NCBI GenBank assembly: GCA_018827585.1
Contig: JAHJXP010000008.1
Span: forward strand, 1-55,872
Reading direction: 5' to 3'
Length of the DNA stretch: 55,872 bases
Source: Pseudomonadota bacterium
GTDB lineage: Bacteria; Desulfobacterota; Syntrophia; Syntrophales; UBA5619
The first letter of the stretch is position 1. Each line of letters begins with the position of its first letter. The translations under genes and the position numbers were made by a program. Shown here in pieces: positions 9,781-20,066 of the stretch. The notes under the pieces are model-generated. The model saw only the letters and a program-made list of their open reading frames with translations. It was not told the origin of the DNA and did no database searches.

Positions 9781-10530
9781 ATGGTCATCCTGAAATTGCC
9801 GGAGGAGATTGAGAAGCTGCGGACGAGCAATCTGATCGTAGCGGAGATCCTGGAAGAGTTGCGGGAAAGGATCAGGCCGGGCGTCACGACCCGCGAACTG
9901 GACAGCCTCTCCGAAGGGCTGTCGCGCAAAAGTCGGGTCAGGCCCGCGTTCAAGGGATACCGGGGTTACCCCTTCGCCCTCTGCACCTCGGTGAACGGCG
10001 AGGTGGTTCACGGGATGCCGTCGGACAGGCCGCTCGTCGCCGGAGACATCCTGAGTCTCGACTTTGGCGTGGACTACAGGGGTTATTTCGGCGATGCCGC
10101 CATCACCGTACCGGTGGGGGCCGTCTCCGCCGAAGCGCGGAAACTGATGAAGGCGACCGAAGAGGGTCTTTACAACGCGATCCGGCAGGCGCAGGCAGGC
10201 AACCGCCTGGGAGACGTTTCAGCCGCCGTCCAGGAGCGCGTCGAAGCGGACGGCTTTTCAGTCGTCAGGGATTTTGTCGGGCACGGCATCGGCAGAAGCC
10301 TTCATGAAGAGCCGCAGATCCCCAATTATGGCGTGCGGGGAAGAGGGATAGAGCTGAGGCCGGGAATGGTCCTGGCCATAGAGCCGATGGTCAATGAGGG
10401 AAGTTACCGGGTGAAGATTCTGCCGGACGGGTGGACCGTGGTCACCGAGGACGGGAAGCTGTCGGCGCACTTTGAACATTCCGTAGCGATTACGGAAAAC
10501 GGGCCGGATATCCTCAGCCTGCTTCGGTGA
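9781..10530 (+). CDS. map: Type I methionine aminopeptidase
   Basis: 249 aa with the ...GYRGYPFALCTSVNGEVVHG...DFGVDYRGYFGDAA...HGIGRSLHEEP... motifs. Confidence 0.93.
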   Translation: MVILKLPEEIEKLRTSNLIVAEILEELRERIRPGVTTRELDSLSEGLSRKSRVRPAFKGYRGYPFALCTSVNGEVVHGMPSDRPLVAGDILSLDFGVDYRGYFGDAAITVPVGAVSAEARKLMKATEEGLYNAIRQAQAGNRLGDVSAAVQERVEADGFSVVRDFVGHGIGRSLHEEPQIPNYGVRGRGIELRPGMVLAIEPMVNEGSYRVKILPDGWTVVTEDGKLSAHFEHSVAITENGPDILSLLR

Positions 10531-10578
10531 AGGGCGGGAACCGGCGATAAAGAAGCATCGGGCTTCAGAGCGGGAATT

Positions 10579-10797
10579 ATGGCGAAGGAAGAAGCGATAG
10601 AGGTTGAAGGCCGGGTGATCGAACCCCTGCCCAATGCCATGTTTCGTGTGGAACTGGAAAACGGTCATCGCGTTTTGGCCCATATTTCCGGGAAGATGAG
10701 GATGCATTTTATCAAGATTCTTCCGGGCGACAAGGTCACGGTTGAGTTGTCTCCCTATGACCTGACCCGGGGAAGGATCGTTTACAGGACTAAATAG
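10579..10797 (+). CDS. infA: Translation initiation factor IF-1
   Basis: [41 protein letters not shown]... Confidence 0.95.
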   Translation: MAKEEAIEVEGRVIEPLPNAMFRVELENGHRVLAHISGKMRMHFIKILPGDKVTVELSPYDLTRGRIVYRTK

Positions 10798-10852
10798 CGA
10801 AGGCGGCCGGCGCCTCCGCGCCATGCCGTCGGCGGATAGGGGAGTGATGATC

Positions 10853-10966
10853 GTGAAAGTACGTTCTTCGGTCAAGAAAATATGCGAAAAGTGCAAGATC
10901 GTCAAAAGGCGTGGCGTGGTGCGTGTGATTTGCGAGAATCCGAAACATAAGCAGCGTCAGGGATAG
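10853..10966 (+). CDS. rpmJ: 50S ribosomal protein L36 (zinc form)
   Basis: Not in the ORF track because it is under 60 aa. Hand translation from GTG 10853 gives [37 protein letters not shown], with stop TAG at 10964-10966. Confidence 0.9.
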   Translation: MKVRSSVKKICEKCKIVKRRGVVRVICENPKHKQRQG

Positions 10967-10993
10967 GGATTCAGATTTTCAGGAGGTTGTCAG

Positions 10994-11362
10994 GTGGCAC
11001 GAATTGCAGGTGTGGATTTACCCAAAAACAAAAGGATGGAGATCGCCCTGACCTATATCTATGGAATCGGGCGGGCAAAATCGCAAGAGATCCTTCGCGA
11101 AGCCGGCGTCAGCCCCGACACGAAAACGGATCAGCTTGCCGATGCGGAGATTACCTCCATCAGGAATGTTATCGACAGGGAACAGAAGGTGGAAGGGGAT
11201 CTGCGTCGGGAAGTGTCCATGTCCATCAAGAGGTTGATGGACGTCGGGACCTACCGCGGATTGCGGCACCGAAAAGGACTCCCCGTAAGGGGCCAGCGAA
11301 CGAGCACCAACGCCAGGACAAGAAAAGGACCGAGAAGGTCGATTGCCGGCAAGAAGAAATAG
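10994..11362 (+). CDS. rpsM: 30S ribosomal protein S13
   Basis: [26 protein letters not shown]... Confidence 0.95.
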   Translation: MARIAGVDLPKNKRMEIALTYIYGIGRAKSQEILREAGVSPDTKTDQLADAEITSIRNVIDREQKVEGDLRREVSMSIKRLMDVGTYRGLRHRKGLPVRGQRTSTNARTRKGPRRSIAGKKK

Positions 11363-11383
11363 GGGAACGTATTCGGAGGACCA

Positions 11384-11776
11384 ATGGCAAAGCCAGTCAG
11401 GAAAACAGGGAAGAAGAAGGAAAAGAAAAATATCTCCGAGGGGATAGCTCACATTCAGTCGACCTTTAACAATACGATAGTGACGATTACCGATCTGAGC
11501 GGGAACGTCATTGCCTGGGCTTCCGCCGGGATGCAAGGGTTCAAGGGATCGAGGAAAAGCACCCCTTTTGCGGCGCAGATGGCGGCGGAGGATGCCGTGA
11601 AGAAGGCAAGGGAACACGGGGTGAGATCCGTTCAGGTCTACGTCAAGGGACCGGGATCAGGGCGGGAATCGGCCCTGCGATCTCTGCAGCTGGCAGGGCT
11701 CAGGATCAGCCTGATCCGCGACGTGACCCCGATTCCCCACAACGGGTGCCGTCCGCCCAAACGCCGCCGGGTGTAA
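11384..11776 (+). CDS. rpsK: 30S ribosomal protein S11
   Basis: ...[30 protein letters not shown]... Confidence 0.95.
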   Translation: MAKPVRKTGKKKEKKNISEGIAHIQSTFNNTIVTITDLSGNVIAWASAGMQGFKGSRKSTPFAAQMAAEDAVKKAREHGVRSVQVYVKGPGSGRESALRSLQLAGLRISLIRDVTPIPHNGCRPPKRRRV

Positions 11777-11833
11777 AACAACGAACAACAATCGATGAAC
11801 GTTGATAATTGATCACTGATCAGGGAGGCATTT

Positions 11834-12460
11834 TTGGCAAGGTATAGAGAATCCACATGCAGGTTGTGCCGGAGAGAAGGTTTGAAGCTGTTTCTCAAAG
11901 GGGACAGGCGCTATAGTGAAAAATGCGCCTTCGAAAGGCGGAGTTATGCGCCGGGAGATCACGGCCAGATGCGGAAGAAATTCTCCGATTACGGCGTCCA
12001 GTTGAGAGAGAAACAGAAGCTAAAGAGGTTGTACGGCCTGCTGGAAAAACAGTTCCGGGGATATTTCGAAAAAGCAGACCGGCAAAAAGGGATTACCGGC
12101 ACCAACCTCCTCATTTTCCTGGAGAGAAGACTGGACAATATGGTCTTCAGGATGGGCTTTGCCAATTCACGCACGGAGGCGAGACAGCTTGTCAGGCATA
12201 ACCATTTTACGGTCAGCGGAAAGCCGGTCAACATCCCCTCCTATCTGATCAGGCTTGGCGACGAGGTCCAGGTCCGCGAGGGGAGCCGGAAGGTCGAGAA
12301 GATCGTCGAGGCCATGGAAACCGTAGCCAGGCGGGGTGTTCCTCAATGGCTGGAAATCGATAAGACAAACTTCAGGGGCGTCGTGAAGACGCTTCCTACC
12401 CGTGAAGAATTGACGATGCCGGTAAAGGAACAGCTGATCGTGGAGCTTTATTCCAAGTAG
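11834..12460 (+). CDS. rpsD: 30S ribosomal protein S4
   Basis: [25 protein letters not shown]... with an S4 domain. Confidence 0.95.
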   Translation: MARYRESTCRLCRREGLKLFLKGDRRYSEKCAFERRSYAPGDHGQMRKKFSDYGVQLREKQKLKRLYGLLEKQFRGYFEKADRQKGITGTNLLIFLERRLDNMVFRMGFANSRTEARQLVRHNHFTVSGKPVNIPSYLIRLGDEVQVREGSRKVEKIVEAMETVARRGVPQWLEIDKTNFRGVVKTLPTREELTMPVKEQLIVELYSK

Positions 12461-12497
12461 CAACCAACCAGGTATCCGAAGGGCAGGGAAATAAATT

Positions 12498-13514
12498 ATG
12501 CAGAGAAACTGGCGCAGTTTGATACAACCGAAAAGAGTGGAGATCGACGAGGCGACCCATACCCGTTTTTACGGGGAGTTCAGCTGTCAGCCGCTGGAGC
12601 GCGGCTTCGGCATCACCCTGGGAAATGCGCTGCGGAGGATCCTCCTCTCTTCCATTCAGGGAGCGGCCATCGTTTCCGTGAAATTTGACGGGGTCCTTCA
12701 TGAATTTTCCACGATCCCCGGGGTAAAAGAGGACGTCACGGATATCATCCTGAATCTCAAAGGCGTGCGGCTGAAGCTTCATCAGGGCGTGCCGCGGACC
12801 ATTCAAATCGATGCCTCCCGGGAAGGGGCCATCACCGCGGCGGATATCATCACCGACGGGACGGTGGAGATCCTCAACCCGGACCACTATATCGGCACGC
12901 TGGTGGACGACGCCTCCCTCAAGGCGGAATTGGTCGTCAAGATGGGCAAGGGCTATGTTCCCGCCCAGAAGGAAAGGGATCCGGAGCAGCCCGAGGGCAC
13001 CATCAACATCGATGCGATCTACTCTCCGATCAAAAAAGTCAATTATACCGTGACCTATGCCAGGGTGGGCCAGGTTGCGGACTACGACCGCCTGATTCTT
13101 GAGGTATGGACCGACGGGAGCGTTCTTCCCGAGGATGCCGTGGCCTATGCGGCAAAGATCCTCAAGGAGCAGTTGGACCCCTTCATCAATTTCTCTGAGA
13201 TTGAGGAAGAGGAGGAAGAACGCGATATCCCCAAGGAGGAAGATATCAACGACGTCCTCCTGCGGCATGTGGATGATCTGGAACTCTCCGTCCGTTCGGC
13301 AAATTGTCTCAAGAACGCAGGCATCAATCTGATCGGGGAACTCGTTCTGAAGACGGAAGCGGAAATGCTCAAGACAAAGAATTTCGGCCGAAAATCGTTG
13401 ACTGAAATAAAGGAGATCCTGACTGATTCCGGTCTCGGCTTCGGCATGAAGCTGGATTTCCCTCCGTGGAACAAGGCCGAAAAACCGGAAGAGGCTGCTG
13501 CCGATGCCGAATAA
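12498..13514 (+). CDS. rpoA: DNA-directed RNA polymerase alpha subunit
   Basis: 338 aa. ...[18 protein letters not shown]... and the C-terminal domain ...[23 protein letters not shown]... Confidence 0.95.
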   Translation: MQRNWRSLIQPKRVEIDEATHTRFYGEFSCQPLERGFGITLGNALRRILLSSIQGAAIVSVKFDGVLHEFSTIPGVKEDVTDIILNLKGVRLKLHQGVPRTIQIDASREGAITAADIITDGTVEILNPDHYIGTLVDDASLKAELVVKMGKGYVPAQKERDPEQPEGTINIDAIYSPIKKVNYTVTYARVGQVADYDRLILEVWTDGSVLPEDAVAYAAKILKEQLDPFINFSEIEEEEEERDIPKEEDINDVLLRHVDDLELSVRSANCLKNAGINLIGELVLKTEAEMLKTKNFGRKSLTEIKEILTDSGLGFGMKLDFPPWNKAEKPEEAAADAE

Positions 13515-13546
13515 CGATTCAGTGATAACCCGGAAAAAGGTTCAAT

Positions 13547-13575
13547 GCAGCAGATGGATTTTTTGCGAAGCCGTC
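13547..13575 (+). repeat. Solo 3'-end fragment of the structured repeat
   Basis: GCAGCAGATGGATTTTTTGCGAAGCCGTC aligns to the last ~30 nt of the cores (GCAGCATCCGGGCTTTTTACGAAGCCGTC). No 5' arm is present. Confidence 0.6.
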
Positions 13576-13605
13576 AGATTTGTCTGCGGGAAAGGGTGAT
13601 ATTCG

Positions 13606-14007
13606 ATGGGACAGGGTAAATTTGGCAGCAAGTTAGGGAGAACGACGAGCCATCGCAAGGCCATGCTTAGAACGATGGTGACCTCCCTTTTGAAACATGA
13701 GAGGATCAAGACCACTGAAATCAAGGCGAAAGAGCTCAGGAAAGTGGCAGAGAAGATGATCACGCTCGGCAAGAGGGGCGATCTCCATGCGCGGAGACAG
13801 GCCGCCGGGTATGTCCGGGATCGGGAGATGGTGGGAAAGCTCTTCGGGGAGCTGTCCGCAAGGTACCGGGAGAGAGCGGGCGGCTATACGCGGATCGTCA
13901 AGACCGGTTACCGCGTAGGCGACAACGCCCACATGTCCGTCATAGAATTCGTTCGCGATGCGGAGGCGGAGAAGGAAAAGAAGAAATCACCGGCCGCGAA
14001 GAAATAA
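13606..14007 (+). CDS. rplQ: 50S ribosomal protein L17
   Basis: ...[29 protein letters not shown]... Confidence 0.95.
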   Translation: MGQGKFGSKLGRTTSHRKAMLRTMVTSLLKHERIKTTEIKAKELRKVAEKMITLGKRGDLHARRQAAGYVRDREMVGKLFGELSARYRERAGGYTRIVKTGYRVGDNAHMSVIEFVRDAEAEKEKKKSPAAKK

Positions 14008-14016
14008 TACATGTGT

Positions 14017-14050
14017 AGGGCGGGAGGAGTTCACCCCGCCCTCTTTTTTT
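14017..14050 (+). terminator. Rho-independent terminator after rplQ
   Basis: AGGGCGGG (14017-14024) pairs with CCCGCCCT (14035-14042), followed by a T7 run at 14044-14050. Confidence 0.8.
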
Positions 14051-14066
14051 ACCTGAATTTCCCCCC

Positions 14067-14094
14067 TTGTATTTTTAATCAGAAACGATATAGT
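14067..14094 (+). promoter_or_regulatory. Candidate sigma70-type promoter for the 86-aa gene
   Basis: TTGTAT (14067-14072), 16-nt spacer, TATAGT (14089-14094). Confidence 0.35.
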
Positions 14095-14161
14095 TGCTCC
14101 CGCAAGCGTTAGCGCTGAGCGGTCTTTTGTCCGATAATGTCATGCGGAAGGAGGTCCGGTT

Positions 14162-14422
14162 ATGGCTGAACGGAAGGTCGGGGAGGTGGTCAAGTATTTC
14201 GTAAAACCGGGAGTTGCAGCCGTCAAGATCACCGACGGGGAGGTCGGGATCGGGGATACCCTCAAGTTCACGGGACATACCACGGATGTTACCATGCCTC
14301 TCGATTCCATAGAGGTCAATAATCAGAAAGTGCTCCGTGCGGCTGCCGGCGACTATGTCGGCATCAAGGTTGTTGACCGCGTCCGTCCCGGCGATGAGGT
14401 CTTCAAGATAACGGCAGATTAG
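14162..14422 (+). CDS. Small protein resembling EF-Tu domain 2 (translation elongation factor-like beta-barrel)
   Basis: 86 aa. ...GVAAVKITDGEVGIGDTLKFTGHTTDVTMPLDSIEVNNQKVLRAAAGDYVGIKV... resembles the GTP_EFTU_D2 barrel. A good SD (GGAAGGAGG) lies upstream. Confidence 0.55.
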   Translation: MAERKVGEVVKYFVKPGVAAVKITDGEVGIGDTLKFTGHTTDVTMPLDSIEVNNQKVLRAAAGDYVGIKVVDRVRPGDEVFKITAD

Positions 14423-14544
14423 GCGCGCCGGCTGCAGGGGGCTGTGCCCCGGTTTGCCAACGGCAGGCGTACCCGCAGCCGCGGGGATGAGCCGGCGCAG
14501 TTATACTGTTGCCTGTTTGCGTGATCCGTGAATGAAGGGTGGCG

Positions 14545-14755
14545 ACCTCGTAAAAAGTCTTAAAAGTCGCGAAAAGGAGACGACTTCGTAAAAAGGCCCC
14601 CGGCCTTCGCCGGGGCAGGCTCCGGCAAGGCGCGCAAGTACCCTCCCTCAGGAATGAGGCGTACTGTGGCGTACGCCGCAATAAGCCTGCCCCTGCGGAA
14701 GCAGGGGAAGGATGAAGCTTTAGCGCAGCATCCGGACTTTTTTTACGAAGTCGTC
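14545..14755 (+). repeat. Structured intergenic repeat, copy D (5' module 14549-14557, expanded 177-nt core 14579-14755)
   Basis: It has the same ends, with compensatory changes GACGACTTCGTAAAAAG / CTTTTTTTACGAAGTCGTC. It has the same central hairpin and two inserted hairpins, at 14598-14615 and 14690-14707. Confidence 0.85.
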
Positions 14756-14769
14756 AAGGGTGGCGGAGA

Positions 14770-15550
14770 ATGGAAATCAGGGTGTTGGGTTGCCATGGTT
14801 CACAGATCGCCGGATACGGCCTTACGGGTTTTCTGATCGACTCGAAGACCCTGCTCGATGCCGGAGCGGTGACGTCGGCCCTGACACTCGAAGAGCAGGC
14901 CGGTGTTGAGAATATCCTGCTCACCCACGCCCATCTGGATCACATCCGGGAGCTTGCCTCCCTGGTTGACAATATCGGCTATTTCAACCGGGACCATCCG
15001 CTGACGGTCGTCGCCCCCCCCCTTTGTGATCGAGATGCTCAGGAAGCACATCTTCAACGGCGTCATCTGGCCCGATTTTTCCGTCATCCCCAGTGCAAAG
15101 AAGCCGGCTATGCGGTATCTCGCCATCCGACCGGGCGAAAAGCTGCAAATCGGCCGACTCAGCGCCACCGCCATCCCGGTCAATCACAAGGTGGAGACGG
15201 TCGCCTATGTAGTGGAAACGGGGGATGAAGGCGGCAAGGTCGCCGCAGTCTTTGTCGGGGACACCGGACCGACGGACGAGATCTGGCGGGTGGCGGGGCG
15301 GGTGGACGGCATCCGGGCCATTTTTATCGAGACCTCGCTGCCGGAAGAGATGAGGGACGTAGCCGAACTGAGCGGCCACCTGACCCCTGCGGGTCTCGCC
15401 GGTGAACTGGATAAACTGGGGCCGTTTCCCCACGGGATCTACCTCTACCACATGAAAGTCCAGTATCGCGAGGAGATAAGGCGCGAGATCGACCGGTTGG
15501 GCATCCCCAATATTCACATCCTGCAAGACGGTCAGGTGATCCGGATCTGA
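14770..15550 (+). pseudogene. Class II 3',5'-cyclic-nucleotide phosphodiesterase-like MBL-fold hydrolase, interrupted by a +1 frameshift in a C9 tract
   Basis: Two overlapping ORFs (14770..15228 and 15026..15550) together make one roughly 260-aa protein. It has the LLTHAHLDHI metal motif and ...LRKHIFNGVIWPDFSVIP... Removing one C from C9 (15014-15022) restores ...LTVVAPPFVIEMLRKHIF... Confidence 0.8.
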
Positions 15551-15557
15551 GCCCGTC

Positions 15558-16853
15558 GTGACTCTCAAGGCACAATCAACCATGACCTACCGGGATACAC
15601 TCAAATATCTCTCCAGTCTCAACAGAATGGGCATCCGCCTCGGGCTTGATCCGATCCGCTCCCTGCTGGAGCGGCTTGACAATCCCCAGAACAGCTTTCC
15701 TTCGGTGCTGATCGCCGGGACAAACGGCAAGGGGTCGGTGGCGGCGATGACGGCCGCAATCCTCTCCGCCGGCGGATTCAGAACCGGACTTTACACCTCT
15801 CCGGACCTGATCGATTTCCGGGAACGGATCCGGATCGACGGGAGGATGATCGGCCGCAGGGAAGTGTGCATCTGTGCGGAACAGGTAAAAGGGCAAATCA
15901 GTGAGGACATGAGCTATTTCGAATTTCTGACCGCGATGGCCTTCCTCCACTTTCGGCGGCGGCAGGTGGATATCGCCGTTCTGGAGATCGGAATGGGGGG
16001 GAGATTGGACGCCACCAATGTCGTCTCTCCCCTCGTCTCGATCATCACCAACATCTCCCTTGACCACCGGGAGTATCTCGGAGGCACGCTGGCCGAGATC
16101 GCCCGGGAAAAAGGGGGGATCATCAGGGAAAGAGGGATCTGCCTGACCGCGGCCCGGCAGAAACTGGTCATAGAAACCCTGGCGGCAATCTGCCGGGAAC
16201 GAGGGGCTGCGCTCTACAGGTTGGGGAAGGATATCCGCACGACGATCCACCGGGACGGGACATTTTCCTACCGAGGCATCGGGCAACGTCATGAGCGCCT
16301 TATCTGCCCGCTCGCGGGGAGGCATCAGTTCAAAAATGCCGCTCTGGCGCTGGGCGCCGTCGAGCTGCTTGGAGACGCCGGTTACTCCGTGCCGGGGCGG
16401 GCCATTTCCGAAGGCCTGAAGCGGACGCGCTGGGAAGGACGTCTGGAGGTCCTCCGGCGTGCGCCGCTGCTGCTTGTGGATGGCGCCCATAATCCGGCGG
16501 GGGTGGCCGTCCTCTGCCGGGCGTTGGAAAGAGATTTTCCCCGCCGCCGGTTGTTTCTGATCTTCGGCGTCATGGGCGATAAGGACTACCTGAGGATGGC
16601 CAAGAGGCTCTTCCCCCTGGCCGACAGGGTGTTTCTTACCTGTCCGTACAGCGAACGGGTCCTCCCCCCCGCTGCCCTGCTGCCGGCGGCCAGGCGTTTC
16701 CATCCGGCAGTCGAAGTCGTCGAAAACCCCGGCGACGCCCTGCAGCGCGCCCTATCGCTGGCCGGAAAAGAGGACCTCGTCTGCGCCGCCGGCTCCCTGT
16801 ATCTGGTGGGAGAAATTAAAAAAAGCCATGGGGCAATGATCGACGATGAATGA
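15558..16853 (+). CDS. folC: Folylpolyglutamate synthase / dihydrofolate synthase
   Basis: ...VLIAGTNGKGSVAAM... P-loop of the Mur ligase family. The start could instead be the in-frame ATG at 15582. Confidence 0.88.
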   Translation: MTLKAQSTMTYRDTLKYLSSLNRMGIRLGLDPIRSLLERLDNPQNSFPSVLIAGTNGKGSVAAMTAAILSAGGFRTGLYTSPDLIDFRERIRIDGRMIGRREVCICAEQVKGQISEDMSYFEFLTAMAFLHFRRRQVDIAVLEIGMGGRLDATNVVSPLVSIITNISLDHREYLGGTLAEIAREKGGIIRERGICLTAARQKLVIETLAAICRERGAALYRLGKDIRTTIHRDGTFSYRGIGQRHERLICPLAGRHQFKNAALALGAVELLGDAGYSVPGRAISEGLKRTRWEGRLEVLRRAPLLLVDGAHNPAGVAVLCRALERDFPRRRLFLIFGVMGDKDYLRMAKRLFPLADRVFLTCPYSERVLPPAALLPAARRFHPAVEVVENPGDALQRALSLAGKEDLVCAAGSLYLVGEIKKSHGAMIDDE

Positions 16854-16856
16854 TCT

Positions 16857-19085
16857 ATGAGGTGCGGAAAGTTGCAAAGACTCAGAAGGGCCTTTCCTTT
16901 AGCGATCCTGCTTTTGACCTGCACGGCGGTTTCCCCTCTCTGGGCCCTGCAGACTGATTTTCGCGGGGGGCCGGTCACCATCGAGGCGGACAGCATTGCC
17001 TATGAAGGCGATACAGACATTTTCAGGGCGCGGGGAAAGGTGCTGATTGTTTTTACCGGGGGGGTTCTGAAGGCCGACGTTGTCACCCTGAACCGCTCTA
17101 CGAACGAGGCCCTCGCCGAGGGGGATGTCCTTCTCCGGAGCGATCAGGATGTGCTTGAGGGCGAAAGGGCGTTCTTCGACATCGCGGCTAAGACCGGATG
17201 GGTTGAGGCGGGGAAGATGTTCATCGCCCGGAACCATTTCTACATTCGGGGGGAAAGGATCGAGAAGAAGGGGGAGGCGACCTACCGGATAGAAAACGCC
17301 ACGGTGACCAGCTGCGACGGGGATAAGCCCGACTGGCGCCTGGCGGGGCGGGAGCTGGAACTGACCGTCGACGGCTACGGGACCCTCAAGGACGGCCGTT
17401 TTCTGGTCCGGGATTTGCCCCTCCTCTACTTGCCCTATTTCATCTTTCCCGCCAAGACGACGCGCCAAACCGGCCTGCTGTTCCCCCGCTTTTCCTATTC
17501 CCGCGACAAGAACGGTCTGGACGTCGAGCTGCCCTTCTACTGGGCCATTTCCGGCAGCGCCGACGCAACCTTCTACCAGCGCTACCTGGAGAAGCGCGGC
17601 TTCAAGGAGGGCGTGGAGCTCCGTTATTTTCCGAGTGAGGAGTCGTTTGGCGTCTTTTACGGCGATTTTATCAACGACCGTCTGCGGATCACCGAAACCG
17701 CCGGGGTCATGAGCCGCGACTGGCAGGAAGACCGGAACCGCTGGTCCTATTATCTCAACCAGGAAACGGTCCTCGCCCCCGGTTTCTCAATCCGGAGCGA
17801 CATCCGCCGGGTTTCGGACCGCTGGTATTTCCGGGACTTTTCCTCATTCAATTATTACATGGACCACTATTCCCAGAATCCCGATGAGCGGTTCCGGCGC
17901 GTCTCCTTTCTGGGGGACGGATCCCTCGGGTCGCTGGACTCCACGGTCCGGATGGTCAAGGACTGGCCCTTCTATAATTTTACTGCCCTTGCCCGTTACA
18001 CCGACGATTTTTCCTCCGCCGGCAATAAAGCCACCCTCCAGAAATATCCGGAGGCGATCCTGACGGGGTTCAGGCGCCCGCTCTTCGATACGCCGCTGCA
18101 GATGGAATTTACCGCCGGATACGATCACTATTACCGTCAGGAGGGACAGAGGGGTCATCTCTGGGAGCTGAACCCGACCCTCTATCTGCCGCCGCTCGAC
18201 CTGGGCCCCTATGCCCGGGTGGCGCCTTGGGCCGGATTCCGGGGGAGCGCTTGGGAACGGACCGATTCCGGGACGGATGCCGGCGACAAGCACGGCTATC
18301 GCCAGGTATTTCCGTTCGGCGCCTCCCTCTCTACCGAAATCGCCAGGGTTTTCGTTGTCGGGAGCCCCGAGAAGGTCGGGGTGGAAAAGATCAGACACGC
18401 GATCAGGCCGGAGATCTTTTATAACTACAACTATGTCCCCGACAACGCCTCTCAGGAACGGGGCCCCGACTTCCTGGCGAGGTATGGGTTCCAGAACAGC
18501 CTGACCTACGCACTCACCAATACGATCGTCTTCCGAAAGAGAGGAGCGGACGGAAAGATCAGCTACCAACAGATGATGCGCCTCATGCTGGCTCAGACTT
18601 ACGACATCCGGGAGAGCAGCAGGGAGGTCACCGGTGTCGGCAGCGACATCCGTCGTCCCTTGAGCGATGTCACCGTGGAACTCGATCTGACACCGATCCC
18701 GAATTTCTCTCTGGCGGCGCGAAACCTCTATAGTGTGAATTACAGCGCCTGGCAAGCGAGCAATTATGATCTGACCGTTTACGACAACAGGGGGGATCAC
18801 CTCTCCTTGGGGTACCGCAATACGCAGTCGCTGGGGTACAACTATAAACAGACTGTCTTGGAGGAGCTTAATCTCTATCTGAAGGCATCCGTGACCTCAT
18901 CGCTGGATGCGATCTATATCCTGAGGAAAAATCTGCTGGACCGCAAGACCATCGAATCCACATACGGGATCAAATACAGAAAGCAGTGCTGGAACGTCGA
19001 GCTGAACATGACCGAGCGGGAGGACGACCGGACGATGATGGTCGTTTTTTCGCTCTACGGGTTAGGAAAGGTGGGCGTGTGGTAG
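16857..19085 (+). CDS. lptD: LPS-assembly outer membrane protein LptD
   Basis: 742 aa with a signal peptide (MRCGKLQRLRRAFPLAILLLTCTAVSPLWA). It has an OstA-like N-terminal domain and a long beta-barrel-like, aromatic-rich C-terminal part. Confidence 0.85.
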   Translation: MRCGKLQRLRRAFPLAILLLTCTAVSPLWALQTDFRGGPVTIEADSIAYEGDTDIFRARGKVLIVFTGGVLKADVVTLNRSTNEALAEGDVLLRSDQDVLEGERAFFDIAAKTGWVEAGKMFIARNHFYIRGERIEKKGEATYRIENATVTSCDGDKPDWRLAGRELELTVDGYGTLKDGRFLVRDLPLLYLPYFIFPAKTTRQTGLLFPRFSYSRDKNGLDVELPFYWAISGSADATFYQRYLEKRGFKEGVELRYFPSEESFGVFYGDFINDRLRITETAGVMSRDWQEDRNRWSYYLNQETVLAPGFSIRSDIRRVSDRWYFRDFSSFNYYMDHYSQNPDERFRRVSFLGDGSLGSLDSTVRMVKDWPFYNFTALARYTDDFSSAGNKATLQKYPEAILTGFRRPLFDTPLQMEFTAGYDHYYRQEGQRGHLWELNPTLYLPPLDLGPYARVAPWAGFRGSAWERTDSGTDAGDKHGYRQVFPFGASLSTEIARVFVVGSPEKVGVEKIRHAIRPEIFYNYNYVPDNASQERGPDFLARYGFQNSLTYALTNTIVFRKRGADGKISYQQMMRLMLAQTYDIRESSREVTGVGSDIRRPLSDVTVELDLTPIPNFSLAARNLYSVNYSAWQASNYDLTVYDNRGDHLSLGYRNTQSLGYNYKQTVLEELNLYLKASVTSSLDAIYILRKNLLDRKTIESTYGIKYRKQCWNVELNMTEREDDRTMMVVFSLYGLGKVGVW

Positions 19086-19134
19086 CCGCTGGGGGGAGAG
19101 GCTTATCCCTTTTCAATTATTTGCAGGTTTTCCC

Positions 19135-19163
19135 TTGACAAAGAGGGCAAAGTTGCGTATCTA
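19135..19163 (+). promoter_or_regulatory. Candidate sigma70 promoter for rplM-rpsI
   Basis: TTGACA (19135-19140), 17-nt spacer, TATCTA (19158-19163), about 35 nt upstream of the rplM ATG. Confidence 0.45.
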
Positions 19164-19198
19164 CCGAAACTCAAATTCATGTGCACTTGGTGACAACG

Positions 19199-19627
19199 AT
19201 GAAAACCTACCAGGCAAAAAAGGAAGATGTCACCCGCGACTGGGTTCTCGTGGATGCAGAGAACAGGGTCCTGGGGAGGCTTGCCAGCGGGATCGCCCAT
19301 CGGCTGCGGGGCAAGCACAAGGCCATTTTCGCCCCCTATATCGATACGGGCGATTTCGTGATCGTGGTCAACGCCGAAAAGATCAGCCTTACCGGCAAGA
19401 AAACGACGGACAAGGTCTATTACCATCACACCGGCTATCCGGGGGGGATAAAGTCCATCACGGCGGGAAAGATGCTCCGAGAGAAGCCGGAAGAGCTGCT
19501 GCGCTCGGCCGTCAAGGGGATGCTCCCCAAGAATACGCTGGGAAGGGCCATGCTCAAGAAGCTGAAGATCTATGCCGGGAGCGACCATCCGCACGAGGCG
19601 CAGTGCCCGAGCATTCTTGAGCTGTAA
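19199..19627 (+). CDS. rplM: 50S ribosomal protein L13
   Basis: [30 protein letters not shown]... from the internal ATG at 19199. Confidence 0.93.
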   Translation: MKTYQAKKEDVTRDWVLVDAENRVLGRLASGIAHRLRGKHKAIFAPYIDTGDFVIVVNAEKISLTGKKTTDKVYYHHTGYPGGIKSITAGKMLREKPEELLRSAVKGMLPKNTLGRAMLKKLKIYAGSDHPHEAQCPSILEL

Positions 19628-19667
19628 TTTGTGATCCGGGGATGGATATCGGGATGTGGAGAGGGAT

Positions 19668-20060
19668 ATGACGGAAAAACGCTTTTACGCGACGGGAAAG
19701 AGAAAGAGCGCCATTGCCAGGGTCTACATGAAGGAAGGCACGGGCGTCCTGCAGGTGAACAAGAGGAGCTTTGACGATTACTTTCCGAGGGAAAGCCTGA
19801 AGATGCTCATTCAGCAGCCCCTGGAGACGACGGGGAAAAAGGGCCTCTTCGATCTCTATGTCAATGTGGGCGGGGGCGGCATAGCCGGCCAGGCGGGCGC
19901 CGTCAAACACGGCATCGCCAAGGCCCTGGTGGAATATGACGCGGAACTCAGGACGGCCCTGAAAAAAGCCGGTTTCCTGACCCGCGATTCCCGCATCAAG
20001 GAGAGAAAGAAATACGGACAGCCCGGGGCCAGGAAACGGTTCCAATTCTCAAAGAGATAG
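19668..20060 (+). CDS. rpsI: 30S ribosomal protein S9
   Basis: [21 protein letters not shown]...[27 protein letters not shown] lies upstream of ATG 19668. Confidence 0.93.
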   Translation: MTEKRFYATGKRKSAIARVYMKEGTGVLQVNKRSFDDYFPRESLKMLIQQPLETTGKKGLFDLYVNVGGGGIAGQAGAVKHGIAKALVEYDAELRTALKKAGFLTRDSRIKERKKYGQPGARKRFQFSKR

Positions 20061-20066
20061 ATCATG

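Noticed and set aside
10987-11469. 160-aa ORF overlapping rpsM and rpsK in another frame.
   Set aside because: It is an Arg/Gly/Glu-rich out-of-frame translation of two highly conserved ribosomal protein genes.
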